A DNA stretch of 64,000 nucleotides from Takakia lepidozioides (taxonomy: Eukaryota > Plantae > Bryophyta), in assembly GCA_030704615.1 (NCBI GenBank), contig CM060732.1, forward strand, positions 71,796,001-71,860,000, written 5' to 3'. The position numbers and the translations under genes are program-made. This document shows, one piece after another, positions 12,226-26,110 of the stretch. The notes under the pieces are model-generated. The model was given only the letters and a program-made list of their open reading frames with translations. It ran no database searches and was not told where the DNA came from. Position 1 is the stretch's first letter. Each line of letters starts with the position of its first letter.

Positions 12226-14588
12226 ATGCCCAGTCACTGCCTGCTTTCAATTCCTACTTTCTCCTCCTCGTCTCTACAATACTCCTTTCCCAGATCTTCT
12301 GCTTCAAGGAATCATAGCCTTAGGCAGATTGGCACTGCTATAGCACTTGTCAGCTCCCTTGGTAGTGGAAGAGGGAAATCGAGATACAGGGATGGTATAG
12401 ATGTAGTCAGAAGGTGTGAATGTCTAGGGGCTTACAGGGAGCATCGTTTTCCCAGCTCGCCTCGCACCGCTGCAATGCAACGGATCCCAGCCGCTTTGTC
12501 GAAAGACAAAATGGCAGCTGGTTCCAGGCAAAGCAAGCTAGGGGTGGGTCTCTTCAACGATTGATAAAGTTTTGATTGCATTTGGACCAAATTCTGAATG
12601 AACAAGTTGTGTGTTTCTGCAGACTCAGTTCAATGGTTATCCTACTGAGTTCCGCTATGTGTTGTTGTTTCATGTCTAGCTTGATTCAGTGGATTAAGTT
12701 TAGGGTTCAAAGCAATTCTCGGAAGTAAAGACCTAATTCTCACACAACGTGGGAATTGACACAACTAGGCAATCAATGTGGACGCAGGAGGGGGACGCAG
12801 TGATAATTGTGGACCACGGCTCCCGGCGTGCGGAGTCAAATGCAATGCTAGGTACGTCACACTTGTCTCTAGTCTCTACCCATTCTTCATTCTCATTTGT
12901 TTTTGGCACATTTTGTACGCAGAGCTCTTGCAGCTTTAATCAGGTACAGATTTAAGGTGGAGTATAGGCGTTGATTTAGTGTGTAATAACTAGCAATGAA
13001 GGAGCCACGAAAACACTGTTTACTAGAGGGGACTTGCGAAATAGACAGTGACTGAGTATGAAGCAGGGATGCAGATGAGTTTGTGGCAATGTACAAGGAA
13101 ATGTCGGGTCATCCAATTGTCGAACCCGCCCACATGGTAATGTATTGTTCCCTACCTGTGAGTAGTTGAGTTTTGTACTATACGATGACTGAGGAAGGCC
13201 ATAGTCACTTTTGCGATTGCTTCTCTGGTAGTTCCATCTAAAATCTAGGAGTTATTTTGCTTAAGTTAGAAGAGAGTGGCTATGCAGGAGCTAGCAAAGC
13301 CAACAATTGCAGATGCTTTCGATCAATGCGTGCAGCAGGGGGCCACCCGCATCATCATCAGTCCTTATTTTCTGTTCCCCGGTCGGCACTGGTCCCAGGT
13401 GGGCAATTTTTCTTTCCTTTCTTTAACTGTTATCCTTTGCATGCTAGGTTTGCGGCAGGGGTTTACATTCATTATAAGACTCGAGCTCTGAAAGCTCTTT
13501 TTCTAAAGTAAAATCTCAAAGAGCCCTACCCAAGATGGATAGTCAATCAAGGAGAGGCATGTGACATGACTTCACCGTGGACCTGGCTTCTCTCTCTCTC
13601 TCTCAGAACCTTTGTGTTCCGCTCAAACTGGGCGCGGGGTCAGTGGCCACAAGGCTACAGCAAACAACATCAGATGACACATCCTCTCCCTCTCTGTCTT
13701 CTCTTCTCTTCTGTTTCTGTCCCTTTGTGTTCCGCTCAAACTGGGAATGGGGTCAATGGACACATGAGTACATTCTCTCGCTTCTCTACTCGAGAAGTTG
13801 CAGAAGCCCTTAGAATTATGGTCAGTTACCCCCATGTGATTGCTAGAGTCAGCAGCTTTTCAGAGCAATTCTGTAAGGTTAGATTCAAATTCATTTTGAA
13901 GTCATTCAGGCATTTGGTACTAGTATTGTAGCAAAGTATCTGTGTACTGTGGCTCGCCATTCTGCTCTCCTCGCTCTCCCCACCTTTCCTGCTTTGTACT
14001 GCACCCAAGGCTCTGGCAAACAAAGTCTAACAAGTACATCTCTCTCATACTCATCCCTCCTTCTGAAAAGGGATTCATCGCAGGACATTCCAGCATTGGC
14101 AGCCCAAGCAGCTACAAGGCATGCGTTTATGCCCTATCTTGTGACCGCCCCCATTGGATTGCATGAGCTTATGGTGGTGGGCTCTTTTCCTCCTCCCAAA
14201 TTCTGTTGCTTTCACTACATCATGGGTAAGGTGGATGTACGTCATGCCTAAACTGCAGTGTTGATATCTCACCAAGTTTGGAAGTCTAACCACGGTCAAG
14301 CCATTGCAAGTAAACTTTCATTTCAAGATTGAATTTTGGCTATTCGAAAAAAGGACTTTGATGTCACTGTCCAACCCTGATGTTGAATCATGAGGTTATG
14401 AAACTAACCCTGCCATTGCCATGGTGCTCCCTTCTTGGCAGACTGTGTTGGAAGATAGGATGAACTACTGTCTGAGCAGAGTGGCAGGCGAGGTTGCTGA
14501 GTGTCACATGTGTGCGGGGACTGGCCGTTGCCAGCAGCTCAGTTCTTCCACTGCTGTGGATACCCACATGGGCGCAAGACCAACTTAG
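12226..14588 (+). CDS. SIRB: Sirohydrochlorin ferrochelatase (CbiX/SirB family), probably plastid-targeted; exons 12226-12543, 12788-12851, 13075-13136, 13288-13398, 14084-14176, 14442-14588
   Basis: GT-AG exons join in phase to give VIIVDHGSRRAESN...VEPAHMELAKPTI...SPYFLFPGRHWSQDIP...VTAPIGLH. The C-terminus carries the Cys motif (YC...ECHMCAGTGRC). The N-terminus is Ser/Arg-rich and transit-peptide-like. The start codon is the least certain part. Confidence 0.93.
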
Positions 14589-15800
14589 ATTGACCTTAGC
14601 AATCTCATGTGAAAATGATTGGCCCATATGGTCTACTTGCATGGCAGTGCATATTTGTATCACCATGCACTTGTGGATGATCTCTTGCTTTATCGCTGAA
14701 AGTCAACTACCCTCCAACTGTCTTTGATAATCATCTGTGGAGGGGGTCAGGCCAGGTCATACATGCTTGTGTATGCTAGTATCTGTTGGCTTATTCTAGA
14801 GGTCACCGTTGAGTCACATCAGATTTGATTGCAGATCAATCTGAATTGTTGTTGCACATTAAGCTGGGTTTGTGTAAGAATCTGGTGTAAGGATTGTTAA
14901 CATATGAAACATTACCAGATAATGACGGATGTTCATGTTTCCCTTAGTGCAGTGATTAGAATGACATTGTTGTCCTTGGTGCAGTGATTAGAGACAAAGT
15001 GTGACATCATTTCTGGAGAAACAATGGCAGGATTGAGGTTTGATGGATTCCCAGGGCAATTGAAAGGAGAGAGAATCTTGTGTAAGCCACACACAGCACG
15101 ATTCAGACTAATCCACTGCAGCACTCACAAAGCTTGATAAGAAAACTGTATTGGTCATGGACTGTTTTGTAATTTCCTACATGTAATGCAGCAGATACAA
15201 AGAGATAAGAGATTAAGTAGGCAGATGAGGCTTTTCTCCTCAACTTAGGCCATGTTCACACTTCACACATTCAGCTATCCAGTTCTTATTACTATCCACC
15301 TCTGTCCCACATGTTGTGAACTAGTTAGGGCTAAATAAGAGATGAATAGTATTTCACTTTGATGTCTGAACACCTTATCGTCAGCTAATTTATCATTGGC
15401 ACAATTTTACATGTGCAGGTGAACTCTTGGAAAAATAAAACTAAGTCGACAATAGTTGTAGCCAAGTTAGCCACAACAATGTTTATTTTAGCTGCATTCT
15501 TCTTGCCTATATGTGAACAGGCCCTTCCAACTGTAGAAAGACTCAGGCATGAGATCCTTAGATAATTGATCGTGTTTCCAATCAAGGTTTGGAAGGTCTT
15601 ATATACCCTGCTCAAGATTTCTTTTTGAGTCATTCCTTGGGACTCCCGGAGAAAGTGAGGGACCTCTGAAGTTGTCTTTCATATGGCAACTCCAATTCAC
15701 AATTATGAATACTATGATTTTTGTTTTTTAAATAAAAGGGGACAAAGGCCCGGAACTGTTAATCAGAGGAGGAGGAACAAAAAAAAAGGGATTGAGATTA

Positions 15801-17932
15801 GGCCAAAATGAAGGGCCTGGGCTGCCCACCGGGAACCCTTGTTGGGGGCCCTCAAAGGGTGGAGAGGCCGCCTATGGGGAGCGACAGTGACCCGGCATAT
15901 CTTGGGGTATGCAATCCCAATCCCGGGCTGCTCTACCAAGGCGGGCAGAAAAAAAGGGATTGAGGAAAAAATAACCTCGTTAGGGACGTAAGACAAAACA
16001 ATGGAGGGAAACCTCAATGTGACACCCACAATGTTCATAGTGAAGTGACACCAGTTAAGTACCTCTTGCTTCAAAGTTTTGTAGCATTAGTGGTCTACTT
16101 TCTAATTATGTTGTGAACCTACAATAATGGTTAAATTTATAACGTGAACTTACGACTCATTCTAAGGTATTTGAGATGGCATGTTATAATAGTTGCGGTC
16201 TATATACCTATGTTATTATATTGTAAATATCGGTCAAACTAGAAGGTAGTTTTAAATATAAATAATAATAATAATTTGAACCAAGACCTATATCGTCTTT
16301 CCTATAGTTAGAAACTTAAATGGATCGAGATAGATACATATCGCCTAATTTCCACCGCAAAATGTATAAAGTGTTAATGTGCGAGTCATCGTCATTTTCT
16401 TCTACGATTTTTAGTTGCAAAATTTAGAGTAGAATTCATGAACCTCCTTATGAGTTTAGACGTAGGTGTAGCGGGCGTGTGTTGATGTTTAGGTGCGTGG
16501 AAGGAGGTTAGCGGTTTGCGTGGTTTTTGTGTGAATTTGTCGTCGGATTTAGAGGTGGTGGTGTTGAATTCGTTGTGATGGAATGCGGTTACAGTGGTAA
16601 TTAGGACGTGGTATGGACATCACTAGCTTACTTTGTGCGTCCGAAGCACGAGAGATTGAGAGAGAAAGAGAATTGGTAGTTCTTTTGAAGCGTCCGTCGT
16701 TGAAGAAGTTTGTTGGGGGGGGGGGGGGGGGGGTGGAGCTAATTGGGAGGTTGTGCGCGATCGTTGGGTACAGTTCTTGCTTGGATTCGATGGAGATTTT
16801 GTTAGCGTGGGCGCATTGAGGAGAGCGGAGTTTCGTCAATTGCTTGGAGGCAACAGTGCATTTGTGGGTCAGAGGAGCTGGGGAGTTTGAATTGAGGATT
16901 TTAGAGATCGTTTTGAGAAGTAGGTGGAAGCAGCTTCTGAATCTTTCTACTGATTCTTGTTTATGTTGGTTTGATATGGTTTGCAGGTGGGTTCTGGATT
17001 TGTGTTGTGTCGATACGTGTCGTTTTTTGGATTGGAGATTATTCTTGGTGACGAATTAGTGATCACGATGATGAGATTGTGGGTCTGGCGAGGGTATGGC
17101 GATGTTCTCGATTCTGTTCTGTTTGTTTCGTGGATGTAAAGGTCGAGGTCGTGCTAGTGTTCGTTCATCTCCTTTGTAATTATGGGTTGCAGTGATGCTT
17201 AAGAATATGACGTCATTTTCCTTCATTGTTAGAGCTTGTACCTTTGTCGCCAATCGCAGCTTGGTCTCCAAACTTGCTTAAAGGATCAAGAAGCACGTCA
17301 ATTTGTTGGTTGTGCCTATATTGGATCTAATCGTTAGAGTGTTCTTTACCAGCAGTCGAGATGGCTCTGTCACGGTAGCGTGCTTTACTTGAGATAACGT
17401 GTTTTACTGTTTTTAAATTTTCTATTCTACTGTTTTACTTTGGTTAGGTCTGTGATTCGGGAGATGGCGATGCTATACGGAGAGGACTGGGAGGCCGAGT
17501 CTGTAATAAGTTACAGTACTTCGATCGATTTGAGATGCGGCTCGGGGTCACAGGAGGATAGCTTGTTGGATTTATATCCCGATATTGAGACTGTCAGTTT
17601 CTCTTCTGCAGCAGCTTTCAAGTCAAAGTGTCGGGCTCTGTTGAAGACTGTTGATAAGGGCATTGGTTGCCTTTTTTTGGCTTTCAGTGGTGTCCAAATT
17701 CAGGACTTTGAAGGTATTTCTCATTTACGTGATAGAAAGGCCTCTACCCTTCCCAGGATGTATTGTCTCTATGACTTGGTTGAGCAGACGCTTATTGTGA
17801 AGTTGACGGAAGGTCTAGCTCACGATGGCGCAAGCGGCGAGTTCATGTGAACTTTTGAGTCCATTTTGACAGAGCCTGCGCGGAGTTCTTTATTTCCCAC
17901 CGGTACGTGTAGATATGTGAACCCTCGTGGTA
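15801..17932 (+). repeat. 2.1-kb direct repeat block, copy 1 (copy 2 at 31579-33755)
   Basis: Colinear, highly similar sequence from GGCCAAAATGAAGGGCC to AACCCTCGTGGTA in both copies. Confidence 0.95.
17361..17932 (+). pseudogene. Truncated copy of the PD-(D/E)xK nuclease-like gene
   Basis: Same mini-exon (17361-17374) and intron (17375-17447) as the copy at 33184. Premature TGA at 17848 (CGA in the other copy). Homology ends abruptly at 17932. Confidence 0.8.
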
Positions 17933-18218
17933 ACAGTAGCCTTGAGTCACTATCCTTGAAATTTCTTGCTGAGCTAAGGTAGATGACCCAATTCAGTCCA
18001 CATTCCCTATAAATGTGCATCAAATAAACAATCAGGGACCTAGAATGGTCCATCCACATCATATCAACAGTTTTAGGTGCAAAGAATGAACTTTTATTAA
18101 CATAAGTGGCCATATTGTACACACTAAGTAAGCACTTGGTCCCACAAGTACAATCCATTCATGATATGGCATCAAGGCAAATCTATTTTTATTTAGGCAA
18201 CACATTAAGGCACTATTA

Positions 18219-18611
18219 GGTAGAGTTACTTTCCTAAGATGTTAGAATAAGAAACAAATTGGTTCAATTTCAAAAACAGCCGTCATTTGTTATTGCATGG
18301 GAGTGGACAGTTACGTGACTGAGTCACTTTTGACAGCTTTCCCGAACCATTCATATTGTGTAGATGATCCGGGTTACCGCCATCTTGAGGTCATTTTGGC
18401 ATGAGTTTTGTTCACACTTGGTAGGAGCTACTGGTCATAAGTGGATATTTTTGCATTTTCCACCTTAAAAATTCATAGAAATTACATATAAAGTCAAAAA
18501 AATCCTGAAACTTTGGCAATCCCCATAGTTTTCATTTCCTAATGGAACGACAAAAACAAACTCGAAATCTGCCACTCAGAGCACCCTAAACTTCTTAAAG
18601 GGTCCTCTACC
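18219..18611. mobile_element. Tourist-like (PIF/Harbinger) MITE
   Basis: Imperfect TIR GGTAGAG...TAAGA(T/A)GTT at both ends; TTA directly flanks both sides (18216-18218 and 18612-18614). Confidence 0.6.
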
Positions 18612-19226
18612 TTAACCTCCATAATGGCCAAGAAGCAGGGCAGGCTCTAGCTATCGGTAGAGCTACGACTTCTCCCACCCACAGGCAACCTAGACCATTA
18701 ATCATGGTACCTCACCCTATTTAATGCTTGGCAAAATGATAACATAGATATTCTGCAAATTTTCGGCATCAGAAGTGCTCTGGTCAATTTGCCCCTCGTG
18801 AGTAAACGTGCAGGACACACCCCCTCACATTATTCTGCGATGTGGAATTCAAGAATGCTTTATATAAGTTACTGACCTTTTCGCAAGCAAGTTACGCCAA
18901 GGTACTGAACAGTACACACATCTGCTGTGTCCAGCAAACCTGGATCGAACCCTGGATATTGCATGCGCCACAAATGTAACCGGGACACTGTCTAAAATCT
19001 CAGCATCTCCTCGAGATAAACCATAACCGAGAGGCTCACTGTCAAAACTATGAGTGTAATATCATTACATAGTAGAAGATAAGTACAGGGACAACTCCTA
19101 CTAAGAGAAAACAGTTTCACAGAGAGCGAGCGTTCTTTTGGTACATCCAACAGAGGCTGCACGCAAGAGACGGATCGCCAATGTGAACACATAGCGAAAG
19201 TGAATAAGGAAAAACGGAAAGCATAC

Positions 19227-19360
19227 CTCAGAAGTAGACAAAGTGAACCGATGGTCGGATTGTGCGGGCTGGAAGCATGCTGGATTTCTAGATACCCCTG
19301 AAGCTCCATCATAGCCCACTCTTCACACTCTCCGCAGCCGCACTTCACCGGTATCTGGAT
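19227..19360 (-). pseudogene. CTF8: Orphan first exon of chromosome transmission fidelity protein 8
   Basis: (I)QIPVKCGCGECEEWAMMELQGYLEIQ...IGSLC matches the plant Ctf8 N-terminus. The expected ATG reads ATC. GT donor at 19226; no downstream exon recognised. Confidence 0.75.
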
Positions 19361-21220
19361 TTCTTCCCAAAAACTCCAGTGCTTCCGCATGCTGAAGTGT
19401 TTATAGAAGGTCTAAAATTTTAAAGGATCATACACCAATCTGATCCTCTCTCCACAGCTTGAATCCCAAGCTTCTAAGCAGCAGTGCATCGCACTTCCAT
19501 CATCTTTCCAAGTAAGAGCACCAAGCACACGGCTCAAGAGCACAGCCCAGGGAAGAAGGAGAACCACCCGAACAAGGTAGCAGGATTCGAACACAGAACC
19601 ACCTGACGAGTTCTATTCACGTTTCTTGGGCGGGCAGTTCGGGCAGACTCGACAGAATTTGACGATGAAACGTGGCGACGAAAACGTGGCACTTTGGCAC
19701 CCTATTCCTGCTCTACGCTAAACTAGCTTCCGACCTTCGGTCATCGCTAAAATTTAATATTTGACGCCTCCCGAAGCGTAAATTATGGAGTCTCTTGGGA
19801 ATATGTGAGCTGCACTTTAGCGCCCATCAAGCCTGTTTTGGGATTTTGTTTCTTGTTTTTCCTTAATATGGAATTTGGCAGTGGCGGAATCTGCCAAGTC
19901 TCATATATGCTCATCTATGGCAGTTGACAAACACAAATGTGTGGTTGGATTGCCCCCGATCTGATTTAGGCTTGCAAAATTACTCGTGGAACAATGGACA
20001 GGCAAAAAGGTGAATGCCTGTTGGAAGCAAACGCAAGTCAGCATAGGAACTAGTGCGATAAGTAGGGTTGGGGTGTTTGCTGGAACAATTCTAGGCTGTT
20101 ACCCCTTGTTTGACCAAGTGTCAGCTTGGGGTTTTTTTTTTCCCCAAATTGAGTTATTTTTCCTTGGGATGGTGTTGGATTTGAAGTGGGAGCAGAAATC
20201 AGGCTATCCACTTTGATCCCATCACTCAAATACGCAAATTACCAGTAGCAATTTATATTTTCCTCCACTTTTGTCCCATCACTCAAATATGCCAAGTCAA
20301 AACATACCGCTGAGGGGTTAATAGTTCCATCTCAAGAATTGGGACCCTTCCTTTGGTAGTTTTCGGAACAAAGGGTTTTAAAATTTTTATCTCATATACG
20401 GAGAAGGCCAACTGCAGTCCTCTCATCCTCTCAGAACCCATACTTACTTACATGAGTTCAGAACATTGGCAAGCCTGTGAGGCAGACAGACATCAACTGC
20501 TCTGAGGGCGGCATGCCTCTGTGATTTGGAACTAGTTTTGGATGTTCCTGGGGGAGTGTTCTAGACTGCCGGCACAGTGGGGGTCTGTAGACACCTCAAC
20601 AGGTACCAAGGATTATGCAAAAAAGTGCATGCGCAAGGTCAAGAGAGAAGAGAAAAAGTTTGGGTTTAAATACATGTTTGGGTGTGGTGGATTACAACCA
20701 CTTTCATTGAAGCATGGGTGGGAAGATCAACCGCGGATTTTGGTAACTTCATAACCACAAACGATGAGTTCACTAAAATCACAGCTTCCTCTTAGCAGAA
20801 AGAAGTTCAAGATTTCGCAAAACTAAGAAATTCACTACAACTTATACTGTAAAACCAGCTGAACTTGCTAGCATATGATCTGCTGGAAAGCCTACTGGCG
20901 AGGTGGGCTCTCCCTCTTTTGTACAATTGGCCTATGCATGATCAGTAATGAGTATCTTGAACCAATGGGTGATCCACTCCTCCCCTGTCATGGCAACTGC
21001 AACAGGCTTTCTTGGGGAGGGTTTATTGGCTGGTGGGTTGCATTTGAATGCGATCTGGAGCATTATGGGCACCAAATGAGAAGGATCTTGCTCTCCCAAA
21101 TAGAATTTCTAACGGAACATTCTCCAGTGATTGAGAACTACGAAAGAAGTCACTGAAGCTTTGAGGGTTGGTTGACTTCCACATGCGAGGTATCGACCAG
21201 AGCCTGCAAGTGCTCATGCC

Positions 21221-23085
21221 CTAGAGTTTGAAACCGGAGTGGATGGCAACCACACCACCGACCAAGTTCTCATACTCCACATCCTGGAAGCCTGCATTGG
21301 CTATCATGGCTGCAAACTTGTCCTGCACATGACATACCATCCCCAGATCAGCTACAACTTTTCCTAAACCTGCAGCTGCTACACTTTAGGTGCCGCTCAC
21401 CATCCCACAATGACCATCACCAAAGCAGCATAACTCTATTACCTGGCTTCCGGAGACCTTTGCTTCATACAAGCAGATGCTTGCAAGCTACGGCAATTGG
21501 AATCCTGCAGTGCATTTTCTAAGTACCTATCGTACCCTCGAAAAGAATGTACCCTAAACTACAGGTCAATGGGTGCCACAGAGATTTAAGCGTCGGCTAT
21601 GACACCTCGACATTATTATATGACAGGAATTGACACAGAACTTAACATCCATTTCAGGACCCATCATCATCTTTTGAAAGGAGTCATGATCAGTAGAGAG
21701 AGAGAAGACTTCCGCTGAAGCAAAAGTGAATAAGAGTCACTTCCCCTTGAAGGTAGTGCCCCAATCTTTAAGTAGAAGGATAGTTGACAAGGACATCCTT
21801 ACCTGGGCTGGAAACTTGCAAACACTTTCCACCAAACATTGGTATGATGCTCGATCTCCTGAGACTAGCTCACCCATGGCTGGAATAGCATTTTGAAGGA
21901 ATACATGTCATACCTGCAGCAATTTCTTCATCATTCAAATGCACTTCCTGAGGCTGGAAGGAAGTAAAAACGAGAAGAGAAGAGAGAAAAGGAAGCATAA
22001 GCACAGGGGAGATTGAGAGACAGACTAAGCTTCACAAAAACCAGAATTTCCCTCAAACATCAACACTTTTTTAATTTCAAAAGGGGAAGACCCCAAGACT
22101 TTGTTGATAGAAGGGAAAACTTGCACTGGAGTTCATAAGCATAATTCGTAGCAGGTGTGCTTCAAGCAACTGAAACAAAGTAGAAAATGCTCACACTTGT
22201 CTGAAGCCAGGGATATCTACATGGCTTCATTCCAGGCATAAGAACCGTCCTCCACTCATGACGCAAAACCCTGCTAAACCAGCCTCTGTTTAGGTTATCA
22301 TGAGGCAGAAGCTTCAAATTTCATCACTCATCAAATAAAGGACGACCACATCATTTAAGTGTGGTGTACTGTGTCAAGAGATATATTCAGTAGGTCCTCA
22401 TTGGCGTAGCCTGTACAATGTCGTCTGGTGTGCAGGGCCCAGTACAAAAGTGGGGGTAAAAATAGAGAGAGAGGCAGCTAACTTCCAATGTTCAGCTATA
22501 GCCCCATGCAACAGCCCAAAACTCTTAGCCATTGGAAGGAACTTTGCCTGTGGGTCTCTTTTAAAGCACGATCAATGTGTGTGACATTTCGGATCCCAAA
22601 GGCAATTGTGTAGCCATCCATGCTATTGTCACTCAGGCTCAGCATCTCTGCATCCCCTTCCATCCAGACCAGTGACAACACATCTCCCAGCCCTGTTTCC
22701 CACACACCATAGATACAGTCTTACTCAACACCGACAAGTCTATGAAAGTACAACCCCACCCCAGCCCCCTTTTCTGATCCATGCAACCTAGGCACTAGGG
22801 TCTATGCCACAAGACTGCAAAAAGCAAGATTATCATAAGACTAACTTAAAAACACGTCCTTACCAAGGCTTACCAAGCCTCGATCAGGTGACAAACGTCA
22901 ACTTGTTTGGCAGAGCAACAGGTCAACGGAAAGAAACTTGTTCACGGGCACGCTTTTTGCCCAGCTCCAGCATGGCAGGGTTGATGTCACACACAAACAC
23001 ACGCTCTCATCCTCTGCCGAACCTTTCCCAGGATTGCGTTGCTCTGCCCTGTGGATTGCATTCACCACTCGAAATGCCACATCAC
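21221..23085 (-). pseudogene. COQ5: 5'-truncated COQ5/UbiE C-methyltransferase pseudogene; exons 22937-23085, 22548-22692, 22195-22270, 21803-21913, 21221-21322
   Basis: GDVAFRV...VCDINPAMLELGKKRA; WMEGDAE...[14 protein letters not shown]; GGRFLCLE*SHVDIP; IPAMGELVSGDRASYQCLVES; AGFQDVEYENLVGGVVAIHSGFKL*. At least three frameshifts and a premature TGA; N-terminal exons absent. Confidence 0.9.
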
Positions 23086-24574
23086 CTGCACCCCCGGACC
23101 ATGCCCACTACGGGAAATAAGCAAAATTGCAAAGATTTCAAGTTTGGAAAGCCCTGAAGTTTAGTATTGTGATAATACCACTAGTAGTCTTACTGCTACT
23201 AATACTACTATTACAAGGAGAAAACTGTAGCCTGATCAACGCATTAGAGGAATGAAAGTTTTAGTTCTTGGAAATATGAAGACTGCCTGCTCTTTCTCCC
23301 AATCTCCTCTTTCTTCAAGCACTTCAATAGTAAGAATGTAGACTCCATAGAACTTGATCTTTATCATTTACCAGCTCAAATTGGGTCTCGCTTCTGCTTC
23401 TTGCAGCTTGTCTTGGTGAGAATACACCAACTCGGCCTCCCATGCCAACTAGATTTCACATCACAATTCGTAAAAGGGTTGGTAGTAAGGGACACCCAAA
23501 AGAGGGTACAGAGACACTTAAACCTGTGTAAGCTGATACACAAGCATCAAGCATATGGACAGCTGCTCCTTGAAAATTTTGCCAAGAAAGTACCTGGGAG
23601 GAAGTGCATGACATTCAAATCTGGAGGGTAGTGATGTCACCTTACAAACTCGTATAAGAGGGTCAAGGAAGCAAGACTGAAAGTACTGTACTCCTTTTCC
23701 CCAGGATGTCTTCTCCAAGTATGCATTGATTTTGAAATGCAGGATACAGTTATCAACTCTGCCAACAAACTTGGAACACAAAGTACCTTTGAAAACAAAA
23801 CGTTGTAATGAGTGTAGCTGACATTATTGAACAAAATGGAGGAACTGGAACATCATCTCGGCAAGGTACCTCCAAATTGAAAGGAAAAATTAGGTCAGGT
23901 TTTGACATTTTGAACGACTTTGGGGTACATTGGAACGTGAGAAAAGACCCAGGGTAAAAGACTCTGGCTGCTCAGCAACTTCCTCCCTGGTCGTTTTCAG
24001 AGACCACTCTACAATCTCCAGACTGCAAACATAAGCTGGGTTAGCATCTGTGTAAGTCTGGACATGTTCGTTGTTCCTCACCGTGTAGAGCCCAATGGAG
24101 CCCAAAACAACTTGCATGAATGTTGTTGAAAGCTCACTAGCACCCCTCCATAAAGGACCTTGTCAAAATGTTGATGCTGTTGGATTTTCAAGCACAGACC
24201 TCTACCTTGGAGCACGGGGCAAAGCTGGCATGAGTTTTTTAAAGATCCTTCACGATGGTGGGACAACCGCAATCGCAACGTGTGGCTTTTTCTTAATGTA
24301 CGATGTGAAGAAGTTTGTCCATCCTGAAAATGTGGGCTCTAGGCTCCTGTTAGTACCATGATTTGGTATTCTTCCTGATTTTTACAAGGTTCTAGAGTCC
24401 GCTTGGTCTTAGCAGGCCGTGTTTCAATCTCTGCCTGCTCAGCTGCACCGTGGTGGTTCTCGCAGACCAATCCGACATTACCTGACTACAGACACAACCA
24501 GCACACACAAGAGCTCGTTGGGTGGATCTGTGGTGGTTTGGAGTGACTTTGACAAGTTACTGCCGATGTGGCAG

Positions 24575-26110
24575 TAGGAAAGTATACAAAAACAGAAAAC
24601 AGAGATGAGGAGAAGCTCTGGAATGAACATGTTTCTGACCGCAGTCAAGGGTGGAACAATCGAGGCAACAAGGTGAATGCCTGTTGGAAGCGCAAGTCAG
24701 CATAGGAACTAGTGTGATAAGTATGGTTGGGGTGTTTGCTAGAAGAAATCTAGGCTGTCATTGTCAGCTGCTAGCAGTAAGGACGTATGAATGATTTGTG
24801 TAGAGGCATGGATAGCTCAAGGAGCAGGCTAGAGTTTGGGTCCAGATTCATCCAAAAGGGCCGGATTTCAAGCTCAAGCTTACCTATGATTCCCTGTGGA
24901 CGGATAGCTACAAGAAACCTGCATGGGTAGATGGTCAACTGGAAGCCACAGCAGCAGCGGCACAATTGATAAAATCAGGCACTGCTAATCAAGGCACATT
25001 CTTCAACACATTTCACCCTGTTTTTCCCTCTTATCAGAATCGGCCCTAAATTCCCATGTTGAATTCTGCAAGTTAGCTGGTTGAGTTGACTTTGACATGA
25101 TACTACCAATGTGACAACATGAAAGTATCCAGAAACAGGTCACAGAGACGAGGAGAAGCTGTGGAATGAATACTTTTCCGACCCCAGTCAATGGTGGGAC
25201 AACTGAGGAAAAAAGGTGAATGCCTGTTCGATTACAGAGAGTAGCAGACGCTATTCAGCATAGGAACTAGTGTGATAAGCTGAGTTGGGTGTTTCCTAGA
25301 ACAAATGTAGGCTGTCATTGTCAGCTGCTGGCAGCAAGGCAAGGATGTATGCATGATTTGTGCCGAGGCAGTGATAGCTGAAGGAGCAGGGATAGAGTGT
25401 GGGTCCAGATTCATCCAAGAGGGCCGGATTTCGAGCTCCAGATTACCTATGGTTCCCTGTGGAAGGATAGCTACAAGAAACCTGCATGGGTAGATGGTCA
25501 ACTGGAAGCCACAGCAGCAGCAGCACAATTGATAAAATCAGGCACTGCTACTCAGGGCACATTCTTCAACACATTTCACCCTGTTTTTCCCTCTTATCAG
25601 AATCGGCCCTAAATTCCCATGTTGAATTCTGCAAGTTAGCTGGTTGAGTTGACTTTGACATGATTCTGCCAATGTGACAACATGAAAGTATCCAGAAACA
25701 GGTCACAGAGACGAGGAGAAGCTGTGGAATGAATACTTTTCCGACCCCAGTCAATGGTGGGACAACTGAGGAAAAAAGGTGAATGCCTGTTCGATTACAG
25801 AGAGTAGCAGACGCTACTCAGCATAGGAACTAGTGTGATAAGCTGAGTTGGGTGTTTCCTAGAACAAATGTAGGCTGTCATTGTCAGCTGCTGGCAGCAA
25901 GGCAAGGATGTATGCATGATTTGTGCCGAGGCAGTGATAGCTGAAGGAGCAGGGATAGAGTGTGGGTCCAGATTCATCCAAGAGGGCCGGATTTCGAGCT
26001 CCAGATTACCTATGGTTCCCTGTGGAAGGATAGCTACAAGAAACCTGCATGGGTAGATGGTCAACTGGAAGCCGCAGCTGCAGCGGCACAGTTGATAAAA
26101 TCAGGCACCT
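24575..26110 (+). repeat. Tandem amplification of a PPR gene leader: two near-identical 563-bp units (~24985-25547, ~25548-26110) plus an older partial copy (~24575-24985)
   Basis: GATAAAATCAGGCAC recurs at a 563-bp period. Duplicated ORFs at 25003/25566 and 25232/25795. Confidence 0.9.

Noticed and set aside
15801-15947. Possible SRP/snRNA-derived sequence (CTGGGCTGCCCA)
   Set aside because: Only a short motif resembles plant 7SL RNA; the rest does not fit, and it is part of a longer dispersed repeat.
20500-21190. Possible decayed coding sequence on the plus strand
   Set aside because: Multiple stops and no family I can recognise.
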